Assembly (NCBI GenBank): GCA_030603395.1 | Contig: JAUVXX010000001.1 | Coordinates: forward strand, 29,822 to 93,821 | Reading direction: 5' to 3' | Length of the DNA stretch: 64,000 nt | DNA from: a bacterium | GTDB lineage: Bacteria > Patescibacteriota > Minisyncoccia > Minisyncoccales > CG1-02-41-26 | Shown: piece by piece, positions 49,901 to 59,094 of the stretch | How the letters are laid out: each line of letters opens with the position of its first letter | Position numbering within the stretch: the first letter of the stretch is position 1 | Notes under the pieces: model-generated | Databases searched by the model: none | Told to the model about the DNA's origin: nothing | Seen by the model: the letters and a program-made list of their open reading frames with translations, nothing else | Translations under genes and position numbers: made by a program

Positions 49901-52900
49901 TCCAGGATCGCGCGCTTTTACTCGCCACCAATAAACTGTATCCTCGGATAAAGCATCACCGGCTTGAATAGTATAAGTAGTGGTGGCGCCTGAACTACTT
50001 GTAGCTGAACTCCAACCCGCATCTGTAGGATAATCGGCCTGACTTGAAGTAGCTGGTGAGCTGAAGTTGTAATCAATATCCCATTCAAGCCAAAATTCTA
50101 CCGGGTCGCCGTCAGGATCTGTGGCGGAAAAACCTCCCAAGTCCGGGGTGGTTGTGGAAGCTAACATATTGGGGAAAGCCGGGGTATCAGCAAGAATCGG
50201 AGTATTGGGATTTGTTAATTCTCCAGCAATGGTCACCTCAGGATATCTGTCACTGGTGTAAGTAAAGTGAGTGGTGGTGCCAGCATTGGTTAATCGGAAA
50301 CAATAGGTAGCACCATCTGTAGCTGTAGTTGAAGCTTCAATGGAAAATTCTGCTTCTAAGAACTCCGAAGTAGTTAGAGTAGTTGAGGCAATTTGGCTAG
50401 AGGTATCCTTTACTGCATTGTTATCTACTAAAAAGGTGGTGTTTTCATCAGATACTCCCCCAGTTGAAGTAGCAATGTTAGTAGTATCTGCTCCATCAGT
50501 TAAATAAGTAGAAGTTGACATATCCCAATCACCTTCTGCTGCTCCAACGTCAACCCAGGTGGAAATATCCGAACAAGAAGCCCCTGTTTTTTCTCCATAT
50601 TCCAGACGATATTGAACATCGGTAGAGGTAGCTGTTCCTTCATTAGAAATCTCAATCCTTAATCTGGTAGTGGTGGCTTTTTCTAGACCGGTCAGAGCTG
50701 TATCTTGATTACCATTAGTGGCTGAAGTAGCACTGGTAGCATAAGCTCCTGTAATAATATTTCTTTTTTCTATTCGCCATTGCCAATTCCCGGGTACAAC
50801 ATCCATACCTGTGATATAGATATAACCTGAATCAACGGTAACTGCCCGAACGTGATCATCACTATCGAACCCACTGCTGGGATCTACTTGAACCACTCCA
50901 TCCCCGTCAAAAGCACCAGCCACACAAGCATCGGTACTGGTACAGAGATTACCGGTAGTGATATTTCTTTTTTCTATTCGCCATTGATAATCACCAGCCG
51001 GATTAACGTTTTCATAGCCACCAAGATAAACGTAACCTGAGTCAACTTTAATCGAATAGGGAATATCATCATCAGTAGTTGGATCACTAGTTACTTCGCC
51101 GCTGGAACCAAAAGCACTCACTAAATTTCCATCTGATTTATTTCTTTTTTGGACTTTCCATCCCAGGTCCCCTCCAGCATAATCCCAACCAGAAATATAT
51201 AAGTAATTTGAATCAATAGCAATTGAGTGAGAACTTTCTGAACCACCACTGTCCCAATATTGAGTGATTATCCCATCCTCATCAAAAGCACCAGCAGCAC
51301 AGGTGCTGGTACTGTTACAGAGATCTCCTGTACTAATATTTCTTTTTTCTATCACCCATTGGCCGCCGTTGTTATTGTCCTTACCAGCAGCATAGAGATA
51401 ATTATCATCAACAGCAACTGTATAAAAAAGGTCTTCCCCACTAGTTGGATTTCTCTGAGCTACTCCTCCACTACCAAACTCACCAGCTGCACAAGCATCG
51501 GTGCTGGTACAGAGAGCTCCGGTATTGATATTCCTTTTCTCTATTCGCAACTGGTTATCTGTTTCAACACTATCCCAACCAACTATATAGACATAGTTTG
51601 AGTCAATTGTGATTCCATAAGATTGATCGCTACCACTGCTTGGATTGTTTGATGCTATTCCTCCACTACCAAACTCACCAGCAGCACAGGCGCCGGTACT
51701 GGTACAGAGAGCTCCTGTACTAATATTTCTTTTTTCTATTCGCCATTGGTTACCACCAGTCCCGTCTTTACCAGTAAGATAAATATAACTAGAATCAATA
51801 GCAAGGTTGTAAATCATATCACTGCCAGCACTTGGGTTGCTTGTTACTGTTCCTCCACTACCAAACTCACCAGCAGCACAGGCGCCGGTACTGGTACAGA
51901 GAGCTCCTGTACTAATATTTCTTTTTTCTATTCGCCATTGGTTACCGTTGGCAGTATCGTAGCCAGCAACATAAATATAATCCAAATCATCAGCTATGGC
52001 CCGAGCTCTATCATCGCCGCCGGTAGGATTTTTTTGGATTATTCCATCTTCATCAAAGGCAGTTTCCGCACCATCATCATTTCGCCAGTGATAATGGATT
52101 TGTTTAAGATCAGTGAAGGCATCAGAGGCAATCTGCCACTGCCGAATCTCTGAGAATATAGGATTTAGGATATAGGGATCTTGAAACTCTAGGGGACCTA
52201 ATAAATATAAATAGGGGCTTACATCTGGCGCATCAAAGGTGTAACGAAGCCCAATGAAATCATCTTTATTAAAGGTAGCTTCGCAATGGATTTCTTGAGC
52301 TTCTTCAGAATTTAGGGAATAGTAGTTAGAATTTAGGGATTCATTATTTATCCTATATTCTATATTCTGAATACTAAATCCTAGGGGTATTGTTTCAATA
52401 ATTTCTCCTGCAAAATCCTGGTTGGCTTTTATTTTCAAAGTCATCTCATAAGTTGCTGGTGGAAAGATTCTGGTTGGTCCTATTCTTTCTATATCAAAAA
52501 GAACGGAATCACGGACCTCAAAAGAATCCTCAATTTCATAACCGGTATCAAGGTTAGTCAATTTCATCTGATAAATGCCTACTTCCCCTGTCTGATAATA
52601 AGCAAAATAATCTGGTGTATCGGTTACATTATTCGGACCACACTCACCTGACTTTTGAACTTCAAGAGCGGTCACTTTGCCATCAGGTGCAGTAATTTCT
52701 AACTCTAAATTAGCATTACAAACGGTATGACCATCATCTCCTAATGCCGCCATCTGCAAGTATGCTTGCTCACCCGGCGAATAAATTGACTTACTGGTAT
52801 TAATAGCAAGAACTCCCCAGGTGAAATCTTGCTCAAATATTTGCAATCCAGCTAAATCCGCCAATTTATCTTCTATCTTTACAATAAGTTTATATAGACC

Positions 52901-55711
52901 CGGACGAAACTGTAAGGGCTTATTTATCGTTACTGAAAATTCTCCATTATCTTCAAAAGAAATCTCATAATCAATGTCTACTTTGCTCCCTTGGGATCCT
53001 TGAATCTCGGAGGTAATATTGATATCTTCCCAGGGAACAACAGAAGGCAAATTAGTGGAATTGCTTGAGGTAGAATCATTTCCAACCAAAGCCCCCAAAA
53101 CCCTGAAGGTTAAGTTACCGTTGGTTGAGGTAGTAGAAGTTGAGGAGGGAGTAGAGGTTGAGGTAGTGGAGGTTGAGGTAGTAGCGGTTGGGGTGCTTGA
53201 AGTTGAAGTTGAAGTAATGGTTGTCGTGCTAGATGAAGGAAAGCTAACGGAGGTCCGTCCTCCGTCACTTGTCGTGGTGGTGGTTAAAAATTTATTATAA
53301 ATTTTATTATATCGGAATCGAAACTTCGGCTCCTCATTTGCTCGAAAACTGTGTTTCTCAGACACCACTTCAATACCCTCTTTTTCGTCCTCTTTTTTCC
53401 TTTCTTCCCCTTCTTGCTCTTCTTCCTCTATAGTTTCTTCCTCCTCAATTTCCTCCTCTTCAAATTCTTCTTCTGTAGGTTCTTCTTCGAATTCCTCTTC
53501 TGGGAATTCTTCTGTCTCCCCTGATGTTTCTTCTGTTATTTCTTCTGGTGTTTCCTCTGAAAGAAATTCTTCGGGCTCTGTGAGCTCCTCGGTGGGTTGC
53601 TCTTGAGGCTGCTCCTGGGATTCTTCTTGGGGTTCTTCCTGAGGCTGTTCCTCCTCGGTTGCCTGTTCTTTATATGTAACTTCTACCCAGATGCTATCAA
53701 GATAAGCAGTAACATTCGTCTCACCACCAACCACTCCCTCAAATTTTATTTTTAGATTCTCAACATCATCCCAATTTTTCAAAAACGAGATATCGTACTC
53801 AAAATACCCACCACCTTGTCCTGAACTTGCCGAAGGATTCAAAGCATTAGATAAAGGATAACCAGAGATAGTATCTAATATCTGCCAGTTCTCACCGTCC
53901 AACGAATACCAAATAATAATTTTTGTATCAAGATTAGGCAGAGTTTCGCTGGTGCTGGTTGCAGTTGTAGAAGTGCCTTCTTCTGCCTTTACTATGAAGA
54001 CTATGTCAATTAACTGTTTAAGGTTGAATTTTAGATATGCTAATGCTTTCTTTGTTTTAACAACCAAAATTCCAAAGAAATTTTTAACTTTGCCCCATGG
54101 GGAGAAGTGAGTTGGCCCCTCTTCTAAAGAGAATGAAGAATCCGTAGATGTAGCCAATTGGTCATTGGTACCACTTGGGGTATTGGTTGCAGTATTATTT
54201 AAATTTTCAATGGGCAATTCGGCATTAGTAGAGGTAGTAGAAGTACTACTAACTTGCTCAGGAGGATTAACTTGCTCAATAGTAATGTTCACTGTAGCTT
54301 CATTGCTTTCTGCTTTGCCATCCGATGCTTTGAAAGTAAAACTATCTTCGCCATAATAATTTTCATTTGGGCTATATGTTACCTCGGGAAGATTATCGGC
54401 AACTAAAGTTCCATTTTCTGGTTCAGACAAAATAGAATAGCTTAGTGAATTTCCATCAGTATCTGTGGCATTTAAAGTAATGGTAGTTGAAGTATTTTCA
54501 TTTAAGGTTATGTTTTGATCAAAAGCTTGAGGTGGGTGATTTGGTTCAGAAACTTCAATGGTTGTAGTGGCTTCAGTTTCTAATTCACCTCTTTCAACTT
54601 TTACTTCAGCTTCATATATATTAGGTTCTTCGAAATTGCAAAGACCAGAAACAATGTAATTCTCTTCAGTAGTGGTGGCTATTATATCCCAGTCCTCTCC
54701 CAAGCCACAGTTGAAATAATAGGTAACGGTACCAGTGGCAGTTCCAATAGTATTGACAACTAAGTCAACATTATTTAAAGGAGCTTGACCGGAATTGGGC
54801 TCAGCTGTCAAATTAACTGAAATAGTAGTGGTCGTGGGAATTGTTGTGGTTGTAGTAGTTGAAGGTGGCGATGGTGATAAATCAAAATCAGGAATTTTCT
54901 CCCCGATAGCGAAAGAAAATTTAATTTTAGCAGATTGAAATTGCTTTTGGTCGAAATTAGTAGGAGAAATCACCTGGAAATCTTCAGCTACAAGAACTAA
55001 AGAGCCACTTTCATAAACTGCCGAGTTTGTTTCAGAAAACGAATCTAGACCTCCCAGAGGCCCGGCCTCTGGTGGTCCTTGGACATTTTGAGGATTTCGC
55101 CAATCACCGGTAGAAAGGGTGGTATAAAAATTGATTGTCTTTATTTCTTGGGCAAAGATGGCTTCAATTGAGTTTTGTAAAAATTTTGCTGGAGCAAATC
55201 CTGAAACTAAAAGGAAGGTGACAAAAGCAGTTAGACCTAATCGCCAGCCAAAACCAAAAAGCTTATTTCTCCCTTGAGGAATAATTAGATTAAGATAAGG
55301 AGAGAAGTTAGAGGATGTCTCTTTCTGACTTTGAATCTTTGCTTCTTGATATTTTTTTATCGCTTCTTCCGTCGTCACCCAAGAAATTCCAGAATAAATT
55401 TTCCTTCCCTTTATCTTCCCTTTTCTAATTAAATAACCAATGTAGTCAGAAGTATAGCCAGAAATCTCTGCTACTTCTTTTAATAAGAGGTATTTTCTTT
55501 TTACTAAATGAGAATTCCGAACGTCGGAATTCTTGGCTCTTTTACAATATTTAATTACTTCTTCTGGGGTGGTTTGCCAAGAGATATTAGCGAAAATCTT
55601 TTTCCCTTTAATCTTTCCTTGGCGAATCAAATAGCCAACATAATCAGGAGAATAGCCTGAGATTTCTGCTGCTTTTTTAAGAGAGATAAATTGTTTTTCT
55701 CTTGGTTTCAT
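43946..55711 (-). CDS. Giant (~3920 aa) surface protein: tandem HTH, TM, Ig/PKD-like domains, propeller-like repeats, beta-helix-like repeats, WxL-like C-terminus
   Basis: Single 11.8-kb ORF; likely start ATG 55711 because TGTTATAAT lies within the track's extra 5' codons. Confidence 0.85.
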   Translation of the reverse strand: MKPREKQFISLKKAAEISGYSPDYVGYLIRQGKIKGKKIFANISWQTTPEEVIKYCKRAKNSDVRNSHLVKRKYLLLKEVAEISGYTSDYIGYLIRKGKIKGRKIYSGISWVTTEEAIKKYQEAKIQSQKETSSNFSPYLNLIIPQGRNKLFGFGWRLGLTAFVTFLLVSGFAPAKFLQNSIEAIFAQEIKTINFYTTLSTGDWRNPQNVQGPPEAGPLGGLDSFSETNSAVYESGSLVLVAEDFQVISPTNFDQKQFQSAKIKFSFAIGEKIPDFDLSPSPPSTTTTTTIPTTTTISVNLTAEPNSGQAPLNNVDLVVNTIGTATGTVTYYFNCGLGEDWDIIATTTEENYIVSGLCNFEEPNIYEAEVKVERGELETEATTTIEVSEPNHPPQAFDQNITLNENTSTTITLNATDTDGNSLSYSILSEPENGTLVADNLPEVTYSPNENYYGEDSFTFKASDGKAESNEATVNITIEQVNPPEQVSSTSTTSTNAELPIENLNNTATNTPSGTNDQLATSTDSSFSLEEGPTHFSPWGKVKNFFGILVVKTKKALAYLKFNLKQLIDIVFIVKAEEGTSTTATSTSETLPNLDTKIIIWYSLDGENWQILDTISGYPLSNALNPSASSGQGGGYFEYDISFLKNWDDVENLKIKFEGVVGGETNVTAYLDSIWVEVTYKEQATEEEQPQEEPQEESQEQPQEQPTEELTEPEEFLSEETPEEITEETSGETEEFPEEEFEEEPTEEEFEEEEIEEEETIEEEEQEGEERKKEDEKEGIEVVSEKHSFRANEEPKFRFRYNKIYNKFLTTTTTSDGGRTSVSFPSSSTTTITSTSTSSTPTATTSTSTTSTSTPSSTSTTSTNGNLTFRVLGALVGNDSTSSNSTNLPSVVPWEDINITSEIQGSQGSKVDIDYEISFEDNGEFSVTINKPLQFRPGLYKLIVKIEDKLADLAGLQIFEQDFTWGVLAINTSKSIYSPGEQAYLQMAALGDDGHTVCNANLELEITAPDGKVTALEVQKSGECGPNNVTDTPDYFAYYQTGEVGIYQMKLTNLDTGYEIEDSFEVRDSVLFDIERIGPTRIFPPATYEMTLKIKANQDFAGEIIETIPLGFSIQNIEYRINNESLNSNYYSLNSEEAQEIHCEATFNKDDFIGLRYTFDAPDVSPYLYLLGPLEFQDPYILNPIFSEIRQWQIASDAFTDLKQIHYHWRNDDGAETAFDEDGIIQKNPTGGDDRARAIADDLDYIYVAGYDTANGNQWRIEKRNISTGALCTSTGACAAGEFGSGGTVTSNPSAGSDMIYNLAIDSSYIYLTGKDGTGGNQWRIEKRNISTGALCTSTGACAAGEFGSGGIASNNPSSGSDQSYGITIDSNYVYIVGWDSVETDNQLRIEKRNINTGALCTSTDACAAGEFGSGGVAQRNPTSGEDLFYTVAVDDNYLYAAGKDNNNGGQWVIEKRNISTGDLCNSTSTCAAGAFDEDGIITQYWDSGGSESSHSIAIDSNYLYISGWDYAGGDLGWKVQKRNKSDGNLVSAFGSSGEVTSDPTTDDDIPYSIKVDSGYVYLGGYENVNPAGDYQWRIEKRNITTGNLCTSTDACVAGAFDGDGVVQVDPSSGFDSDDHVRAVTVDSGYIYITGMDVVPGNWQWRIEKRNIITGAYATSATSATNGNQDTALTGLEKATTTRLRIEISNEGTATSTDVQYRLEYGEKTGASCSDISTWVDVGAAEGDWDMSTSTYLTDGADTTNIATSTGGVSDENTTFLVDNNAVKDTSSQIASTTLTTSEFLEAEFSIEASTTATDGATYCFRLTNAGTTTHFTYTSDRYPEVTIAGELTNPNTPILADTPAFPNMLASTTTPDLGGFSATDPDGDPVEFWLEWDIDYNFSSPATSSQADYPTDAGWSSATSSSGATTTYTIQAGDALSEDTVYWWRVKARDPGGTNIWSSYSTKRSISVSSTLEVAQWFQTTGAQFNTDTLTSTVTTTDGVKLGGWSPFLYVYQNDQYIKFSDFIPWATSPEKEYTDFIDITGKTEIIDGKIKLKITEEMDERAYIDKIFLRVDGEDQNIVELSAISDADKSLLLLSDDNYLVIEKGDEFYLEFNAPENYSKIEFAAEGYYIVQSSSSEETEDVLALYEGARPGADKKADSGQMEDTTGIGWATDLLIVVILIAGTSVIFASFYFVKKKKREGGRKIITFLLILLIVTGWMFSGWPQIWKNPSVPPEVKVAQAAPVIDGTASTNFDSSTHTSISVDHTVSGSNTLLLVICHGENQTVSSVTFGAQSLTNIDGASISGNGAMVSVWYLVGASGTHTATCNLSSQDNSGIVAISYTGVDQTTPIGATSTQTGNNTISISFSFTTTYADSLIIDAVTGDGGDTYPHAPTSGQTERWDFRSGSSSYSDTAYAGSELVATTTGTYNLNWSQAVSDGYSIAAIELVPVQVVGPEITIGASGNQVANLNVGDTDKHIGGMFTATTTDDGNATMTAVTITEYGSVNAQTGLDNIELWYDLDTSSPYNCAGLSYSGDETQFGSTSTFSGPNGTSTFTDAVQISSTTAMCMYVVLDVTSNANGGDTIEIKINASDDVTIDGGSVSGDFPVEIDGITTIRADSGTVMSTEVDFDWVPNRESWGEVYWSTNEPSGSDIKLKVYYTLSIACDTLVPTSTLPGNDVGFDVNASPKNISGLSTSTYNRICLKAELTIDSATSSPTLDDWKVTWVPPIVGTTVSGTLYTNEGDTAMASQPLVRVKVDGGGDNSNTANTDGTYTVSGIDPPSAGQVLTVYLDTNGGEQAVTVTRYNSGSPDDIDLYQNRLIVREEDGTAISNADLGQWDGDNDPTDIFFTSNSNNLVLNPYKKLIVWGGDSYSPGGTITLEGNASSTPDGDLLIGTEATLTAGGTITLAGSWTASSTATFTAGSNTVIFNATTTGKTITTAGNSFYNLTFNGSGGEWTFQDAATTSATTTITQGTLSQGANNFVTRSFTIASSTTFTKATSSGLLIFEGSGIGYFQDDNATKNNLGNVHIGNSPATTNLSSDMTADSLTVQNGDTLNTRGYDLDITEYITINGTLNASDTLAGNATLINLGTNWTVDTGATFDAANSTTTFNGTTTSTINSGGIDNSHDFYTLTFEKSSTATTTLATSTKVSGDLLIIGSDSILDASSSNYNINVAGSWTNSGTFRAQQGTVTFDATTTGKTITAGGSDFYDLTFNGSGGGWTFQDTDATTTNNFTISAGTATSTTGTLAVGGDFDVSGGTFKHNNGTLKLFATSAGHTITLGSSHLYNLTFNGSGGGWSFATGTDPYIDNDFTITNGTATSTDITLHVGGSWLVESGGIFNHPSGTVTFDSSDTGETINPGNSPFNIVTFDNASGGWTIIADATSTSNWNITNATSFVATTSITIEVQGNYVISTSVPSVTDWQSNSTLYLNSASSYTVGSTTQAAETYATLKIGTSTDIRMWNSTSTSYDVDSSGSLYSQDHASNDGYLYIWGDFHTATGITDYWEYTKDFDGTALGSNRQCKVYIQQNATTTVDAGGTLNVKGGETISTDKTIVGEGAASSWSFACLGTCNIQESTWNWPNFTNGTTTVINTTLNDKNVSSNGVLNVDWYLGAHVVDANATSTDVPGATTTIYSTSTSDATIWKWSGGAWGDASTTQVTVTYATGTATGTIPQPGTDGAIRIREYSEDSATTTYYKYNLQLTVLGYSDYDYYNDQGNKYITSVSSTESSGVDKCISIDWFRSSSSAMNTPYPSVNEPPTNGSWYAGMTSDLEFSVDSLSVNLGQLDSGNDFTATGTTILYATTSYSGGYTVKAYASNDGRLKLDETNYIDRWPYANSTPALWSGNCMNNSECGFGYTTDDNSLGPGYDNRFATSTKYAGFATSTPGDSMADETSAVPSGSEHTITYKVSTAVTQAPGTYNTTVYYVCTANY
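50750..52050 (-). repeat. ~7 coding repeats of ~64 aa (W-x-I-E-K-R-N)
   Basis: 97-bp identical blocks at 51658-51754 and 51850-51946 (192-bp period). Confidence 0.9.
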
Positions 55712-55856
55712 AGAATCTCGAGGGTCGAGATTATTTACTTTTAAGAATTCTAACATTATAACATAGTTTAAAGCCCTCAAGTCAATAGTCCAACTGTGGA
55801 AAACTTTTATTCTCCAGGGTTAGATATCCCCCTCCCAAACTTGTCTAAACAAAAAT

Positions 55857-55875
55857 ACAGAGACCGGGTCTCTGT
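55857..55875. repeat. Palindrome ACAGAGACC-G-GGTCTCTGT
   Basis: Perfect 9-bp arms; sister copy at 56044-56064. Confidence 0.8.
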
Positions 55876-56043
55876 CAGGCTTTTTAATTTTGTGGCTTAA
55901 ATAATTAAGTCCGAGAAAACTCGAGAAGTATTTAGTAAGGTCTTAAAAAAATACGACTAACTAAAGATTAAAAAACATTGATAAATATATTAATAAAGAT
56001 TAATAAATACTGGTGAGAAATCACTGTATCGGCAACCAAAATT

Positions 56044-56064
56044 TACAGAGGCCGGGCCTCTGTA
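56044..56064. repeat. Palindrome TACAGAGGCC-G-GGCCTCTGTA
   Basis: Perfect 10-bp arms. Confidence 0.8.
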
Positions 56065-56110
56065 CTACTCTTGTGATAAATAAATTTTATTTGTTCTATT
56101 AAATTAAATC

Positions 56111-56857
56111 TTATTTGCTAAAAAGGTGAAGGAAATTTCTACCAAATTTCTTAAGATTCTGGATGTCTTGAGCAACATCACGTTTAAGTTCATCGGTGAT
56201 ATTAATAAGGGACTCTTTAATTTTCTCTCCCCCTTCCCAGATTTGCTCATTAATCTGTCCCACGAAACTAAGGACAATTCCCGGATTAAAAGTTTTAACT
56301 ACTTGCTCTGTACCCTTTGAAATATTTCCAGAAATTTCTTTTATAAGTTGAGAAGCTGAATTTCCGAGAACTTCTGCTCCTTGGAAGATATCTTGGGAGA
56401 TATTTTTTCCGACATCGGTTGCAAGTCCTCCAATATCGGTCGCGCCATTTTTAATATCGCTGGCAATTACTTTTGTTCTCACAGCAATAAAATTACCAAC
56501 TCCCTTGATTGCTGGCTCAAAATAAGGATAGGCAAAAAGAGTACTGATAGAAGCCAAAATAAAAACCAGGGCACAAACAATAGCAATCCGTTTGGCTCTA
56601 TACAATGATTGGTCAGAAGTAACCTCTTTTATTTTTATTTTTATTTTTTCTTTTTTTCTATCGGATAGCCGATTTTTGAAATTTTTTACTCTTTGCAGAT
56701 ACTCATCAATCCATTCTTTTTTAGTCATCCAATTTCTGGCGACTTTTAGTGCCCGCAATTTTCCCTGTCTTGCTCGCAAGCTTAAATACTCCTGGGAATA
56801 ACCAGAATATTTTGCTGCTTCATTCAAGGAAATATAATTTGATGTATCCTTTACCAT
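56111..56857 (-). CDS. HTH-TM protein related to the giant protein N-terminus
   Basis: YISLNEAAKYSGYSQEYLSLRARQGKLRA..RNW, TM helix, amphipathic tail. Confidence 0.8.
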   Translation of the reverse strand: MVKDTSNYISLNEAAKYSGYSQEYLSLRARQGKLRALKVARNWMTKKEWIDEYLQRVKNFKNRLSDRKKEKIKIKIKEVTSDQSLYRAKRIAIVCALVFILASISTLFAYPYFEPAIKGVGNFIAVRTKVIASDIKNGATDIGGLATDVGKNISQDIFQGAEVLGNSASQLIKEISGNISKGTEQVVKTFNPGIVLSFVGQINEQIWEGGEKIKESLINITDELKRDVAQDIQNLKKFGRNFLHLFSK

Positions 56858-56943
56858 TATCTAATTATCGGCTATCCAGCATATCTGTCAAGAGCAGACC
56901 TGTGAAAAAAGATGAACAAATCGCTTCTTAATTAGTTTAGGTC

Positions 56944-56972
56944 TTGACAGGTTTGTTTGGCAAAGTTAAAAT
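56944..56972 (+). promoter_or_regulatory. Sigma70 promoter (a divergent one lies at ~56864-56891)
   Basis: TTGACA-17-TAAAAT on plus; TTGACA-16-GATAAT on minus. Confidence 0.6.
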
Positions 56973-57008
56973 TAAATAAAGGTTACAAAACATTAATAAA
57001 TGTAAAGA

Positions 57009-57227
57009 TTGATGAATACATCAAAAAAATATTTTACCATCAAGGAGGTAGCTAAAATTTTAGGAGTTACCCCTTTGACTCTAAGAAATTGGGATAAAAA
57101 GGGGGAATTGAAAGCCTATCGAAATCCTATAAATAATTACCGACTTTACAAACCAGAAGAAATTGAGCTTTTTTTACGCAAAATCGAATCTAGAAAAGAG
57201 CCAGGAGGAAAGATCTTTTTAGGCTAA
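57009..57227 (+). CDS. MerR-family HTH protein
   Basis: TIKEVAKILGVTPLTLRNWDKKG...NNYRLY. Confidence 0.9.
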   Translation: MMNTSKKYFTIKEVAKILGVTPLTLRNWDKKGELKAYRNPINNYRLYKPEEIELFLRKIESRKEPGGKIFLG

Positions 57228-57233
57228 AAAAAT

Positions 57234-57611
57234 GTGAATATGAATTCAAAAGAGTTGGGAAAGTTTGGTGAAAAAATTGCTGAAAAAGAGCTTAAAAAGA
57301 AAGGGTACAAAATTTTGGCTCAAAATTTTAAAAGAAAATGGGGAGAACTTGACCTGGTGACTAAAAAGAAAGGGAATATTATTTTCTTTGAAGTAAAAAC
57401 AATCTCGGCAAGAGAAGGGTTTTTACCAGAAGATGAAATTGATTGGAAAAAGAAAAAGCAGTTAAGAAAAATGGCCCAGATTTATCTATCAGAGAATAAA
57501 ATTCCCTTTGAAAGCTCTTGGCAGATTGACATAATAGCCATTGAAATTTCTCCGGATTTCAAAAAAGCAAAAGTTAAACATTTCAAAAACGCTATTGAGG
57601 ATAATTATTGA
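57234..57611 (+). CDS. yraN: YraN family nuclease
   Basis: LGKFGEKIA, GYKILAQN, GELDLV, FFEVKT, QIDII. Confidence 0.92.
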   Translation: MNMNSKELGKFGEKIAEKELKKKGYKILAQNFKRKWGELDLVTKKKGNIIFFEVKTISAREGFLPEDEIDWKKKKQLRKMAQIYLSENKIPFESSWQIDIIAIEISPDFKKAKVKHFKNAIEDNY

Positions 57612-57640
57612 CCCTTCACCTTTAGCTAAAGGTGAAGGGT
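57611..57640. repeat. Perfect 30-bp palindrome
   Basis: ACCCTTCACCTTTAG|CTAAAGGTGAAGGGT. Confidence 0.85.
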
Positions 57641-57667
57641 TGACATATTTTCCCTTTTTGTTAAACT
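57640..57667 (+). promoter_or_regulatory. Putative nusA promoter
   Basis: TTGACA-16-TAAACT with TGn extension. Confidence 0.55.
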
Positions 57668-57876
57668 TATAAAAGTTAAAGGTCGTTGCGAAACGGCTTT
57701 TAATTTTATAACATATCCTATATCCCCTCCAAGGAGTCCCAGAGATAGGAGAGGGGTCGGGAGAACCGCAGGTTCTCCCGTGTAGGAAAAGATTAAAAAC
57801 CGAGGGTTTTTAAAGAGCGGTGTTAGCGCCCCGCCACAGCGGGGGCGCGTGCCGCGACTAACTCTCTAGTACCATT

Positions 57877-59094
57877 ATGGATCTCAAAATATTTACATCG
57901 GCCGTTATGGAAATAGCTGAAGAGCGTGGGGTGCCTCAAGAAAAAGTCATTGAGGTGATTAAGGCTGCCTTGGCCTCGGCTTACAAGAAAGAGTACGGCA
58001 AAAAGAAACAGAAATTTGAAGCTGAGCTTGATGCTAAAACAGGCAAGGTCAAATTTTGGCAAGTTAGACAGGTGATAGACAAGAATATGATTTTAGCTGA
58101 AGACGAGGAAGCTGCCGAAGGCGAAGAGAAAGTTCGCTTCAATCCCGAACGCCATATCATGATAGAAGATGCCAAAAAGATTGACAAGAAGATAAAAAAG
58201 GGAGAGGAATTAAGAATTCCGGTGAAAACCAAAGAGGACTTTGGCCGGATTGCCGCCCAAACAGCCAAACAGGTTATTTTGCAAAAAATCAAAGAGGTTG
58301 AAAGGGAAGAGATTTTAAAAGAATACAAAGAGAAGGAAGGAGAAATCGTTTCGGGAATCTGCCAAAGAGTTGAGCAAAGTGTGGTCTTTTTTGACATTGG
58401 CAAAGCTTCGGGCATTTTACAGAGGTCGGAGCAAATTCCCGGAGAGTTTTACAAGCCGGGTCAACGATTAAAACTTTACGTTTTAAAAATTGAAGAGACC
58501 CCTAAGGGACCGGTGATTTTTCTTTCAAGGGCTTATCCCAAGTTGGTCTCAAAACTTTTTGAACTGGAGGTGCCAGAAATTTCTTCGGGCCAGGTAGAGA
58601 TTAAATCAATTGCCAGAGAACCAGGCTCTCGCAGCAAAATCGCGGTGGCGACCCTTGAGGAAGGTATCGACCCGATTGGCTCCATGGTGGGACAAAAGGG
58701 AACCAGAATTTGGGCGGTTATCAATGAGCTGGCTGGAGAAAAAATTGACGTTATTGAATGGTCAGAGGAATCAGAAAGATACATCGCCAACGCCCTCTCC
58801 CCAGCCAAAGTTTTGGAGATTAGAATTCTGCCAAAAAACAAAGCTCAAGCCATTGTTCCCAACGACCAACTCTCTTTAGCTATTGGCAGAGAAGGACAAA
58901 ATGTCAGATTGGCTGCCAAGTTAACTGGCTGGAAAATAGATGTCAGGAGCTTGGACCAGGTAGAGGGAGAAAGGAAGGAGGAAGCCAAAGAAGAAGAAAA
59001 AGAAGAAAAGAAACCCGCCTCCGCCGAGGCTACGGCGGGCAAGAAAGAAAAGAAGACAAAAAAGAAAACTAAAGCTAAAACTACTAAAACTTAA
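57877..59094 (+). CDS. nusA: Transcription termination factor NusA
   Basis: [49 protein letters not shown]. Confidence 0.98.
   Translation: MDLKIFTSAVMEIAEERGVPQEKVIEVIKAALASAYKKEYGKKKQKFEAELDAKTGKVKFWQVRQVIDKNMILAEDEEAAEGEEKVRFNPERHIMIEDAKKIDKKIKKGEELRIPVKTKEDFGRIAAQTAKQVILQKIKEVEREEILKEYKEKEGEIVSGICQRVEQSVVFFDIGKASGILQRSEQIPGEFYKPGQRLKLYVLKIEETPKGPVIFLSRAYPKLVSKLFELEVPEISSGQVEIKSIAREPGSRSKIAVATLEEGIDPIGSMVGQKGTRIWAVINELAGEKIDVIEWSEESERYIANALSPAKVLEIRILPKNKAQAIVPNDQLSLAIGREGQNVRLAAKLTGWKIDVRSLDQVEGERKEEAKEEEKEEKKPASAEATAGKKEKKTKKKTKAKTTKT

Noticed and set aside
56111-57227. Prophage or ICE excisionase module
   Set aside because: The HTH domains are fused to TM segments, and no integrase or phage genes are present.
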